A stretch of 63,665 nt of DNA, filler included, from Dimorphilus gyrociliatus (taxonomy: Eukaryota > Animalia > Annelida), in assembly GCA_904063045.1 (NCBI GenBank). It is 4 parts of 4 records of this genome, joined end to end, with 100 filler letters (N's around TTAATTAATTAA, not from the genome) between each part and the next. Parts side by side here need not be neighbours in the genome. Positions count along the whole stretch, not along the records: positions 29,146 to 43,185 come from CAJFCJ010000240.1; positions 43,286 to 52,540 come from CAJFCJ010000070.1; 2 more parts are not named here. One strand, 5' to 3'. A program made the translations under genes and the position numbers. Every line of letters starts with the position of its first letter. Position 1 is the first letter of the stretch. This document shows positions 38,217 through 50,189 of the stretch, one piece after another. The notes under the pieces are model-generated. The model was not told the origin of the DNA. It saw nothing but the letters and a program-made list of their open reading frames with translations, and made no database searches.

Positions 38217-39531
38217 CAGGGGATTTCAAAAATAAATACTCTAATTTCATAAATATATTTTTTATTTTTTTTAATATAAATTTCAATTGCAGCAATAAAA
38301 ATTTTCGATTTTTTTACAGATTTGGCGGCTTTAGCATAATATACGAATATAAAACTACACTATCAATAAAAGGTTTATGAAATTTATTCAATTTTTACCC
38401 ATAATGACAACAAGCAGCAACAATAACAAAATTAGAGAAACAGGCCCAGAAATGAATATACTATATATGAAAGTAACAGAAAGCAGAGAGTGTCAATATC
38501 AAAAGATAAATTACTGCAAATCGTACGCTTTTACCAGACAAAGAACCTAAAAGAGCTTGTAGAGTTGACTAATCCCAGTTATTCAACTGTATGCAAAGCT
38601 GTTAAAAGGACCACTAGAACACCAAGTGGTATTAATCCTGCATATGAACTTCTTTATAACAAATCTGGTAGGCAAACATTGGATAAGTCTAGTCTAAATG
38701 CTAAAATATGTGAGATATTTGGTGGATACAACTTTTTGACAAGATAGCCTTCAGTGGTAGGTTATCTACTCAATTTCATTACACCAGCTGAGTCGCGATG
38801 TCAAATCTATTGGCCTCAAAAATAAAGAATTAAAGACTAGACCTTTGACAGAATTCGCCGAGTCCAATAAACGCGCCAGAATAAAATATTGTAGCAAGAA
38901 CCTGACGCATACTAACAGAAATATTCTGTTTTTAGATGAGTCAGACTTTAACTTGCATACATCTATTAATTATGGGTATGCTGTTACAGGTAGAGCACCT
39001 GTGCTACATCATTCCAATAGTAGTGGCATAAACATATCTTTATGTGCTATCATCTCGAGAAATGGCATAGAGCATTATTAGATTGTTGATGGTGCATTTA
39101 ACAAAGACCTTTTTTATGATTTCTTAAGCGAGTGTAATAATAAACAAGTCTTTATTGGGTGACCATTAGTTGTAATGGACAATGTTAGGTTCCACCACAG
39201 TACCATTATAGTAGAGGCCTGTAATGATTATGGAATTGAAGTACAATACATTCCTGCATACTTCCCATATTCGAATTATATCGAAAATTGTTCGGAACTT
39301 TAAAAATTATTTAAACGAATCAGGCCAAGAGCTATGACAGGCCTGTCTTTGAAAAGAATATTGAAATTGCAGTGGGACTGGTGGGTAGCGATATAAACAA
39401 CTTCTATCGAGCGTTTTGGGATAGAATACATGTTATGCTTAGAAATGAATAAAAAAATTTATTCAACTTTTCTTTTTATTTTATGAAATAGTTAATTATA
39501 AAATCGAAATATATATTTATGAAATCCTCTG
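38217..39531 (+). mobile_element. IS630-Tc1-type transposon with TIRs and TA TSD
   Basis: TA|CAGGGGATTTCA ... TGAAATCCTCTG|TA. Motifs FLDESDFNLH and VMDNVRFH, plus a degenerate PAY.PY..IE. Confidence 0.85.
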
Positions 39532-39561
39532 TATGTAAATCTAAAAACATAAACATTAATA

Positions 39562-40720
39562 CAGCATTTCTCGATTAAAAATTACAGTTTTGTGATCAAT
39601 TATTATAATTTTTCATAAAAATATTTTTTTAACTTTTTTTATATCTTTTTGCACCCAAAAATTGCACCCTTATAAAATGGGAAAACAACCTTCAATAGAA
39701 ATTAGAAGCCTAATTGTAAAATACTATGAGAAAGGTATTGATGCAACCGAAATTTGCAAAACACTTAATAAAAATATAACAACGATAACAAAAATTATTA
39801 AAGGATACAAGGAAACTGGCTACGCAAAGGCAAAACAACGAGGTGGCGACCGTAAATCATGTTCATTTGAATAGGATGTTTCTTTTATGCATAACTTATT
39901 ATCAGAAAATAACACTTATATACTTAAAGAATAAAAATAAAGTTATTTCAAAATTCCTCGAAAAATGTTTCAACTTCAACTATATAGATCGTGTACTAAA
40001 CACTTCGGACTATTCCCTAAACAGACGGTATTTAATACCAGAAAGAAGAAACATAGCTACAAATATTGAAGCTAGATTTAGATACTCGGAATCCTTCTAT
40101 AATTTTCAAGCAGAGAAAGATAGGATGAATTTTTTATTTATAGATGAGGTTGGTTTTCCGCTTTGTATGCGATGAACAAGGGGGAAGGTCTTAAGTGGAG
40201 ATACAGCATCAATAAGAGTACCACATATAAGAACAAGAAATATCAATGAGTGTGCAGCAATGACAAAAAATGGTGTTATAAACTTCGTTTTTTAGCATTT
40301 AAAACGGTTATTTTGAAAGATTTCAATTTATACCCCAACTAAAAAATTGACGACCGAAGACTTGGTAAGCATATTGGATCAAGTCCAAAATTTTTCCCTC
40401 GGGGGGAAATTTTGGACTTGATCCAGCATATTTTTATCATGGACAATGTGAGATTTCACCCTAATAAAGATATAAATCACATAATTCGATAAGCTGGCTG
40501 TAAAATTCTTTATATTTCACCATAAAGTCTGTTTTTAAATCTAATTGAAAGTTTATTTGCACAGTGAAGGTCTCTCATGAAACAAGTATTACCTAATATA
40601 GAAAAGAACTAATAAGATGTATTGAAACCACTGTAAGACAAATCACAGCAGAACCTTATTCAAACTATTATAGCAATATGTTAAAGTAGTTAGAAGTTGC
40701 AGTAATAGAGAAATAATTAA
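39562..40720 (+). mobile_element. IS630-Tc1-type transposase, interrupted by a micro-MITE and ended by Ginger
   Basis: HTH MGKQPSIEIRSLIV..GGDRK, FIDEVGF, IMDNVRFH and a degenerate SP..S.FLNLIE. Confidence 0.8.
40376..40424. mobile_element. 49-bp palindromic micro-MITE with 8-bp TSD
   Basis: GGATCAAGTCCAAAATTTTTCCCTCGGGGGGAAATTTTGGACTTGATCC is flanked by AGCATATT on both sides. Removal restores GKHIFIMDNVRFH. Relatives lie at ~35466, ~38030 and ~42639. Confidence 0.85.
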
Positions 40721-42480
40721 TGTTACGATCTATTCTAAGCACTAGTCTATTCTAAAAAGGTAATTTAGTATAAAAAGTTGAAAATTTTTCGTTTTTAATA
40801 ATACCCCCTAACGGTCTATTCTGAAACGAAAAATTTAACAATAGAAATGTAAAAAATTTTATATTTATTTAAAAAATTATGTAATCCCCGGTCTATTCTG
40901 AAATAGGGTGCTTTTAGTTAGATATTTTATGTTCATTTTAGTATAATTTAAATAAAAAATATATATTTAGAAAAGTTTTTGTTATTTAAGAAAATAGTAA
41001 ATCTCTTTTATAAATGACAAGACAAGTTAAAATCAATAATATACATGAAAAAAACAATTTAATATCATATCTAATTAGTCCAGCACTACTACTTCATCTA
41101 ATTAGCTCAAAAAAGCTAATTATATTAGAAAGTTTAGAAATTTTATTTATGAAGACAGTAAAATATTAGTAAAAATGGGTGCTTTAAAGTTTGGAATATA
41201 TATGCGAGGGCGAAGTAGACAAAAAAATGAGGTCATTAAAAGCATTTACTTACTAGGGCACATCGGTATTAATGTTTTACTCCTTAATATAAATAAGCTC
41301 TATATTATAGTATTCCAAAGGAAGAGGTGAAATATTACTTATCAGGATGCGAGGCTTGTCAAAGAAGTACTAGAATAGCAGGCGGGGAGAGAACATTATA
41401 TCCTATAGTATCAAATTATTTTAGAATAAGATTAATGGTGGATTTGGTTGATTAATCTTGATATCGAATCTTTAACAATAGAAATAAATAAATTTTCAAT
41501 TTTATACAAACATTTTCAAAGCTTGATTAGACATTTCCTCTTAGAGATGAAACTGCAGAAACGTTTAGTATGATTTTGAAGGATTTATTAGAAATAGAAG
41601 GGAAATTAGCTATATTACATTCTGATAACGGGTGTAAATTTGTTAATAACCAAGCAAATCTATTTGATAAGAAAGAGGAATAGAAATTATTCATGGTACC
41701 CCCAGACATCCACAGTCACAACTTCAAATTGAAATATTTAATCGAACAATAAAGAAACGACTAAAGAAAGCGATGACAGTCCAAAACAAGTGGATTGATA
41801 ATTTAAAACCTATTGTTTGCCAATATAATAACACAAGGCATAGTGCCACAAAATTTACTCCTTTTTATATTTATAGAGGTGCCATAGATGAAAAATCAAA
41901 AAAAACAATTATACTTAAATGTAAAAAATTTATCAATTAGAGAAACTTTGATAAACTACTCTTTAAGATATAGATTGGAATACGAGAATAGGAATAGAAG
42001 AAGGGATGTTAGAATAAATGATCTTGTTTTGTTAGCTAAAGATTTTGATTACAATCCAGCTACTAATAGGTATACTTTTATTGATTTTTATCATACAGAA
42101 ATTTATATTGTTATAAGTATAGAAAATAGTATAGCCACGCTAAAGGTTGATAACAACCACGAAAAGATAGCGCATTTAAACAGGCTTAAAGTTTATAATT
42201 CCTAAATAAAAACAATTTTTTTTAAAAAATTTTCTAAATATATTTTTTATTTAAATTATACTAAAATAAGTATAAAACATCTAACTAAAAACTCCCTATT
42301 TCAGAATAGACCGGGGTTTACATAATTTTAAAAATAAATATAAATTTTTTAAATTTCTATGGTAAAATTTCTCGTTTCAGAATAGACCGCTAGGGTTTGT
42401 TATTAAAAAGGAAAATTTTTGAATTTTTTACATTAAATTACCCTTTCAGAATAGACTGGTACTCAGAATAGAACGCAACA
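40721..42480 (+). mobile_element. Ginger (Ginger2/TDD-like) DNA transposon with Gypsy-like integrase
   Basis: ~190-bp TIRs TGTTACGATCTATTCT... / ...AGAATAGAACGCAACA with flanks TTAA/ATAA. rve motifs DLVD, HSDNG, HPQSQ..IE.FNRT and YNNT.HSAT are present, with a C-terminal H.NRLK domain. No RT or RNase H. Confidence 0.8.
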
Positions 42481-42939
42481 ATAAATAAAATAAAAACAAA
42501 AAATATATAATCTGAAAGATTTTAGTATGTCAAACATTACGCATCCCATTATATGCCGATAATTGAATATTCACCACTATACATTCACCCCTTGTTGACG
42601 TTTTCCTGTTTGTGCGCCTTTTCTAACCTTAATTTCTTGAATCAAATCCAAAATTCCCCTGGGGAAACTTTGGACTTGTATATAACTAAAAAATAGAAAA
42701 AAACCTAAACAGTTAAAAAATAAATTGTGCAAATAAAAGCAAAAATTTATAATATATAGATTAAAATCATATTGTCAACAGAATAGTAAAATAAAAAAAT
42801 GTAATACTTTTATAAATCTATAATTTGGAAATCTAAATCTAAAAACATTAAAATTAATCATAAAATAGAATAATGCACAAAAGAATAAAAACATAAATAT
42901 AAATATAAAATAAAGAAAAAGTAATCAGAAAACCTTCAA

Positions 42940-43185
42940 TAAGTCAAAAATAGCATCTCGCCATCTATGGTGATTATTAACTGCATAACAAAATTCGTTA
43001 AAAATTGTTGTCATTTATCAGCTCTTACTCCTTGCCTAATTTTAATTTCTCTTTTCAAGCAGTTGTGAATAGACTCGCCTGCTTTAGTATGAGTACCATT
43101 TTCGGCTACAAAATTGTATTTATGACACACTGTGTCATGCATATGATTGTATTCGCTCAAACGTGAATATGCATCGAGTTCATCG
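42940..43185 (-). mobile_element. Merlin transposase 3' fragment, truncated by the contig end
   Basis: HDTVCHKYNFVAENGTHTKAGESIHNCLKREIKIRQGV matches the ISXO2-like C-terminal motif. Confidence 0.7.
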
Positions 43186-43285
43186 NNNNNNNNNNNNNNN
43201 NNNNNNNNNNNNNNNNNNNNNNNNNNNNNTTAATTAATTAANNNNNNNNNNNNNNNNNNNNNNNNNNNNNNNNNNNNNNNNNNNN
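43186..43285. other. Artificial contig spacer
   Basis: N44-TTAATTAATTAA-N44. Confidence 0.99.
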
Positions 43286-43297
43286 TTCTTGTGCAAT

Positions 43298-43615
43298 TCA
43301 TAAAAAATCTTTAAAGCATCTTTCTACAGTATTTATCAGCTGTTTTTTGCCTTCAAATATGTCTTCAAATATGTTATTCTCTCTATTATCTCTATAATAA
43401 TCTAACTTATTTTTGCCTCCAAGATCTGTCCTCTTTATTTCATTTTCTAAAAGGTGATTCCAATGATTTGCTACTTTACAATTCTCTGCTTTGAAATAGC
43501 ATTGTAGAATGTATCTTAGTTGGACTTTTAAATTGTTCATGTTTACATCAACATGAGGATGTATATAAGGCAGAGTTTTGAAGGGCATAAACCACTGGAT
43601 ATTCATCCTGCGCAA
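43298..43615 (-). CDS. Hypothetical coding fragment/exon
   Basis: A 105-aa open frame with protein-like composition; no domain recognised. Confidence 0.25.
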   Translation of the reverse strand: MRRMNIQWFMPFKTLPYIHPHVDVNMNNLKVQLRYILQCYFKAENCKVANHWNHLLENEIKRTDLGGKNKLDYYRDNRENNIFEDIFEGKKQLINTVERCFKDFL

Positions 43616-45074
43616 AAAGTATTAAACACAACATTATTGATTATAATTATAGCTATTTTTTAACAAATATTACAATCTTTAATTTAACTTTTCTCAGCAT
43701 TTACTTGACTGATTTTAGATCTGTTTTGATCTATGTTTAGCCCATTTAAATTCTAATTAGCCTATACAAGAATGAAGGTTAACAGTTTGGATTTTCTACT
43801 ATAAAAATTAAGTTGAAAAGTTTATGTTCCACTGTCAAATGAGCAAAAACTATACCAGATAGGATGAATTTGTTACAAAATTTAATTTAGGTTTAGTAAT
43901 ATCTTTCTACGTTCAAAAAATCAAGTTTCTAGCTCTAATATTAAAGGAGCTATAGGCCTATTTGTGTACATAAATCATGAAATAATTAAAGAAAATGATA
44001 AAAAATTAACCCAGACTTCTCCTAAAATGATAATTATAAATAAGATTGTTGCTTATCTTATTATTCAATCAAATTTGTAAAGAATTAATACATCTGTAGA
44101 TGTTTGATCTATTTTTAAATACATTATTTTAAGTCACCTTTTTCAAAATCGAAAAATTAACTTTTCTCAGCTATTACCTAACAGAATTTAAATCTGTTTA
44201 TACCTACGTTAAGCTTATTTACTTCTACAGTTATATATTTAACAATAATATTAAAATAGTATGATTTTCTATGACAAAAATTGAATATTCGATAAATTTT
44301 TGAACAGTCTATATTTTAAAGATTAACAACTTTAAGTAAGATTTGTATCAATTATTTAATTTAAGAGCAAAGACTTACAGCTATAGATAAGGAATAACTA
44401 CCTAATCTTATGTATTAATCAATTAAGAGCATCCGAACATTTTGACATGTTTTCAATTAAAAAAGTTAATTTTTTTAAGAAAGAAACATTCAATATGTTA
44501 ACCTAGTTTAATGTTTTTAATTAATTGGCATATTATTTAATATCCTACCCAAAGAAATATGTCAAATCTTAATGTTTTCTATGCAAAAAGCAACTTTTAA
44601 AAAACCTTTTTCAACAGCTAATAACTGAAAAACTACAAGTGTTATATTATTTCTGTAAACGGATTTGAATTTGGCATAGTCTACACTCCCAATGTTAAAA
44701 AAATCAAATCTCTATCATGTAAATTAGAGAAACTATGGTGGAAAAATGGAAAACCCATTTAGTTTAAGTTTCTAATATAAAGAGAAGGATGTTATTGTTA
44801 CTTTTAATAAGAGAATTATTTCTCTGTGAAATGAAACCTTACTATAAATTAGAGCATTAACAAAGCTGTTCCCTACAAAACAAGGTCAATTCAGATTCAA
44901 AAGAAAAGGAATCAACCAGAAAACCTTATATAAAAGACATTTGATCAATTCAGGACAAAGTCCAAGGAATCAACCAAAATTCACAATAGATATCTTACTT
45001 TAAATTAGACAGAATGTTGTGTTGGAAAGATCAGACTAGAGAAGTTAGTGATGGATGATGGTGAAGAATCTTTT

Positions 45075-45175
45075 GAGAAGGCAACTGTAGTAAGGCAGCT
45101 GTAGAAGGCTCAACTGGGGAAGGTCAACTGTGGTAAGGCAACAGGTGGAAGGCAACCGGTAGAAGGCAACTGGAT
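45075..45175. repeat. Tandem ~13-15 bp AAGGCAACTG-type units
   Basis: About 7 imperfect units are visible; they resemble a transposon subterminal array. Confidence 0.6.
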
Positions 45176-46617
45176 ATGGTCAAAATATCTGTAAATAATT
45201 GAAAAATATTGTTAAAGAGAGTGAAAAAAAGAGGAAACACTCGTTGTTTAAAGTTTATGCATGAAAATTTTTTCGGTCCAATTCTTTTGCCAATTGCACA
45301 AGGTTAATGGGCGTAAAAAGATGATTCTAATGATATATAATATGTCTATATTTGTCCAAGTATTTCTGACTGAAAAATAAGAAAATATGATTAGCTTACC
45401 AAAGATAATTGGCAATAGCAAGGTGTTCACTCTATGGTGACGAATGAAAGACTAGAGAAGTGATAGGTATATAAAGGCAGCAGTGCTTGTTTGAAAATCA
45501 AATGTGACACAAAGGATGACAGTTCTATAAACAGTTTGGCAATTGTTAAAAGCCAAACAATTCATCCAAAATGTGCTTGTTTAAATTATCTGTCCAGAGT
45601 GGGAAAGGTCAATTAAATATATCAATTAACTTGTCACCTTTGATAAATTCGTAGCAATGTATTTAGTATTTTTTATTAAAAGATGTTAAAAGATTTTTTT
45701 CTTTGTATTCAATATTAAAAAAGTTCCATTTTTCTTTTGCTAAAAAATTGTAAAAAATGAATAGATTAATTAAGCCTTGATACTCTTTTAAACACCTTCT
45801 TTTTCATGTATATATTCACATATTAATGATATTTATTCCGTCACAACCTTTGATATAGACAACACTCCTTTATCATTTATACCATTTTTTGGTGAAAATT
45901 CTAAAGTCCTTATTTTTCATCACAATTCTATGTTATATATATCAATTTTCATTGAAATTTTCCACCGATTATGAATCTACAATCAGACTTTACAAAATAT
46001 AGAAAAAAATTATTTTTTGTTTCCGCCTTTCATATGACTTCAAAGACACTTTAGTCCTATTGTTTGTGCTTTGTAGTTGCTTACTACGCTATACTTTCCT
46101 ATGCCTTTGTTTATCTACCTGTCTATTGATCCAATTAGCATTCCAAACATATAAGATAAAACACAAGATAATATTCAAACAACTGTTAATTAATTCAAAC
46201 AAGAATAGCCAATCAGAGAATTGAATTTAATGTTGTTTCTTATATATATATACCTGCATAAATTTCAACTTTTATTGTTATTCAAATCCTGGTTGCTATT
46301 TATTTACCCAACTTATTTTTTCCCACATTTTTTATGTCTTCAATTTTTTATTTTTTCTGTATTTCCAACTGGTAGGAGATATATATCCCCTCAACTTACT
46401 ATTCTTTTAATCTCACATTTTATCTAAGCCCATATATTCTTCCTTCTATATACCTTGTTATTTTAAAAGCTTTAAACTATTAGGTATTTTGTATTTTTTA
46501 TTTTTTATCTATAATTTTACCCCACAAGAATCTTTATCAACAAACAAATAAATCAAAAATCTGGAGAGAAGCTTTTTATTAAGATTCTCAAACCTCTCAC
46601 TCATTCCTTTATATTAG

Positions 46618-46685
46618 ACCCTGAAGAGTCCCTGATATACAAATTTAAGAGAGAGGGGGACAAAACCACGGTAGGTCGTGTAGGT
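46618..46685 (+). ncRNA. Hammerhead-ribozyme-like motif, probably inactivated
   Basis: ACC-CTGAAGA-GTCCC..GGGAC-AAAAC-CACG..CGTG-TA-GGT. The core GAAA reads AAAA, stem I is only 3 bp, and stem III has a bulge. Confidence 0.3.
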
Positions 46686-46873
46686 AGGAAATAATAAAAA
46701 ATTTCAGAAAAAAATTTTTTGAAAATTTTTTGAAAAAATCTTTTCTTTTGGAAATTGTTTTAAATGTCAATTTTGGTGTATTTTTTCTTTGACTGCTTCC
46801 CAAAAACAATTGGGACTCTTGAAGTGTGAGAATTCTGTTTCTCTTTTTTGATTTAGTCAAAAAAAACCTTTTG

Positions 46874-46899
46874 CTAACCCTAACCTAACCCTAACCTAA
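46874..46899. repeat. Telomere-type repeat (alternating TAACCC/TAACC)
   Basis: CTAACCCTAACCTAACCCTAACCTAA. Confidence 0.7.
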
Positions 46900-47010
46900 G
46901 TGAGAGTGCTACTCCAAACCCTAAATTTTTTGACACTTTTTGTAAGTGGAATACATGCAGTTTTAATGTTGTGGCATGTTGTTATATGTTAAATGATTAA
47001 ATGAAGATAA

Positions 47011-47962
47011 CTATTTAATTGATTTGGGTTTGAAAATAAACAAACATTCTTTACCTGGATCCAATGAAGGTTCAATTGTTACACCAATTTTTGAAAATGT
47101 AGTATCCCCTACTGATTGACGACGATCTGTAAGTTCATCAAAGGTTGCTTTGAAAATGTGACATATCTGATTTGAAGTTACAATACTAATTGTACTGTAA
47201 AAAAGAAATGATAAAATTATAAGACATTTATTATATTTTATAACTAACTTGCAATCACTGAGCATGCTACAAAGTTTTTTGCAGTCAGCTTCACCTGTAT
47301 TAAAAACTGTATGATAAGTAAATCCGCCAAGCTGATCAGGATAACTTGTATAGGTAACTTTAAAGAAGGGGAAGGAGACAGACAAAAACAAAGAAATGTT
47401 ATTAATATATTTATGTACTTTGCTTTTATTGCATTTAGTTATTTACTTGTGTCTCCAAATTGTGGAGTATCTGAAAAAGAAATTATTTATACTTTTATTT
47501 TACAAAAAAATCTAACACTTTTTAATTACCACAAACATCTGGTTTTTCATAATAATCATAACCAATGACTTGAGGTAACTGACTTCCTCCTAATCCTGCA
47601 TGGTCAGTTGAAAGATAACATTTGTTGTTATCCTGTTTATCAACATAGAAACTCCTAAAGTGGAAAAAATGTGTAGATTTTACTCTCCCTCTCTCTCTTT
47701 CTATAAACATACTTGCAAAGTTCAAGATAATAGCATAACTTTTTACAATAGTCTACTCCTCTATCATCTATATTATAAATAACAACATATGTGCTTGTTG
47801 CTAACTGTTTATCTTCTTGATGAAAGAAATCGCAAACTGTATATTAATAAAAGATAAGGAGAAATATGAATAAATATAAAAATCATAATTTTTACTTGCG
47901 CAATCATTATTTCTTATTGTCAAAAGAAATATTGTTATTAATTGAAAAATTAAAATATTCAT
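47011..47962 (-). CDS. Multi-exon secreted protein with PAN/apple-like Cys motifs
   Basis: A signal-like MNILIFQLITIFLLTI is followed by a GTAAAA donor. Exons contain NNKCYLS..VCG and ADCKKLCSMLSDCKLV..QICHIF. Exon borders are approximate. Confidence 0.5.
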
Positions 47963-48584
47963 TATTTTTTTGGAAAATCTAAAGCATATTTGAGATGTAT
48001 AAGAAAACATTATGTGGTTATATAGGAAATATTTCTATGAATTATTAATATAAAAGTTCAAAATTTTGTTTAGAAAGATTAATAATCAATCTTTCGATTG
48101 AATATGTCTTCATTCAATTTATGAAAAATTCATAGGGCTTCCTCAGTTCATTTTTTGTTCCTTATTTCTAAAATGTCAGAAATATAAAAAACATTCTTTC
48201 AACAGGAATACATATGGAATATTAATCAATGAGTGTTTCTTTTCTTTGTTCTCTTGTATTGATTTAAACACAGCAAGTAGAATATATGGTATTTTTGGGT
48301 TGAGATAAAAAGCATTCACTTAAGATCAGAAAACACTCTCAAAACATACAGCATTCTTAATTATTAATATTTAATAATAATGAATTGCTTCAGTTAACAA
48401 GTTAAACATCAGAATATAGAGAGAAACCATAAAGGAAATGGCAGGAAAAATTTGACACAGTAAATTTTGCAAGACCAACTTTCAATAAACAGTCAAAATT
48501 GGTTGTCCCCTTTAAAGTAGTTTGTTTAAAGTTTTATAGAAAATAGTCATCAATTAATTACAGAATATAATTGAGATATCATAG

Positions 48585-48968
48585 TACATGTCTACAACAT
48601 TGGTTATATTTAACATGCTTGAACTCTATTATTTTATGCAACTTATACATGTACATCTTAAAAATCTATGCAAGAAAATGCTATAACATTGGCCAAAGAG
48701 AGGTTTCATTAGTCAGCTTTAAGGCTCATCTTTAATTACCAATAAAGGTTTGGTCAAGTTATAATTTAATTAACTTGCCTAGGGTGTGGCCTAACCCTAA
48801 CCCCAAGTCCTAACCTAACTCTGCTATTGAACTCTCATATTGTTACTTGCTTAAGTATTATTATTTTGAATAAACCCTTTTAATTTAAACATTTGTTTAA
48901 AGGTTCGAGTAGAACCAGTATTGTTATAACTTTCAAGCGCATAGATTTTGCCAAGCAAGAGCAGTACA
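48585..48968 (+). mobile_element. Solo LTR family L1 copy with internal deletion
   Basis: It matches 10240-10437 and 10725-10872 and ends GCAGTACA. The missing middle is replaced by ~27 bp of TAACCC-like sequence. Confidence 0.85.
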
Positions 48969-49539
48969 ATAGTTATAAAATAGAAGGATATTGGGAAATT
49001 AAGGGTGATGGCAAGAGTTTTGGGAATGCATGGAAAAAGAGTTTGGGCACATACAAAGATAAAAAAATTATACTTGATTTATCAGTGTTGATTCATTACA
49101 ACTAACACAACTCAAAAATCCTAACCAAAAACACAAGAAGGAAATAAAGATTTTAATACTTGATATATTCCTATCTATAGACTTAAAGTTTTGCATGCAA
49201 GTTCAGTATTTATTCATTAATAAATACAAAGGGATAATATCTACTGTTGCCTTATTACCTGACCAGAATGATTTATGAAAAATCATTATACAATTTCAAG
49301 AGCCATAAATTTTTATTTTGGAAATATGATACAAAACATGCTCAACACATTGGAGAAAAAATCAACATATCTTATATCTGTCATCAATAACTTATTACTT
49401 GCCTTTTCAATTGTTAACAATCAATGGAAGGAAAAGTAAAATATTTACTCAATTGAAAAACTAATTCTAGTCAAATTCTACCATTTTTTACTATACAAAA
49501 GATTTTTACCAAAGCTTAGATTTACTTGGTCAAAGGATT

Positions 49540-50177
49540 TGTACTTTGTTGTATTATAATTGTAGGAATTTCTGCTTCTTCAGAGCAGTACTCATCCTTT
49601 CCAATCATTTATCAATGCACCAAAGTACTCAAACAAATAGAACTTTTCAAGTTCATCCACAAATAGTCTTAATAAATGTAATTTCGGTAGAAATAATTCA
49701 ACAAAATACCAGTATTTCATTTAAAGAATATCTATTGAGTAAATGAGTTTCTAGTTCTAAACAAATAAGTTTAAACAATCAGTTAACAGTTAAGAACTGA
49801 ACTGCCAAATTGGAGAAATGTATTTTCTTTTATACATTTCCCAAAGCTTGGGTTCAATTTATCAAAAGATTGCATATGTCACAAAAACATAATCCCTAAA
49901 CAAAGGCTATATAGTCAGCACATGTTGCCACATAACACATCTGTCCCATTAACATCTGATAATAGTTAAGAAAAACAACTTTGACACATTTCTTTTTAAA
50001 GTGCTAAAGTTAACTCTACAAAATAAAAGTCTTTCAAAAGTTCCACCATTATAATTCATACAAAATAGTAGTATTTCTATAGTTGCACCATTCTAATTCC
50101 TATAAAATAGAAGTCTTTCTAAGGTACCCTAATATCTAAAGTCTAAGCATTCATATATCATTATATCTTAGTGCACA
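49540..50177 (-). mobile_element. Solo LTR family L2, 638 bp
   Basis: Ends are TGTAC...GTGCACA with an exact 5-bp TSD GGATT (49535-49539, 50178-50182). Confidence 0.85.
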
Positions 50178-50189
50178 GGATTACAAAGT

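Noticed and set aside
41340-42205. LTR retrotransposon integrase
   Set aside because: It is enclosed by long TIRs with no room for RT or RNase H, so Ginger fits better.
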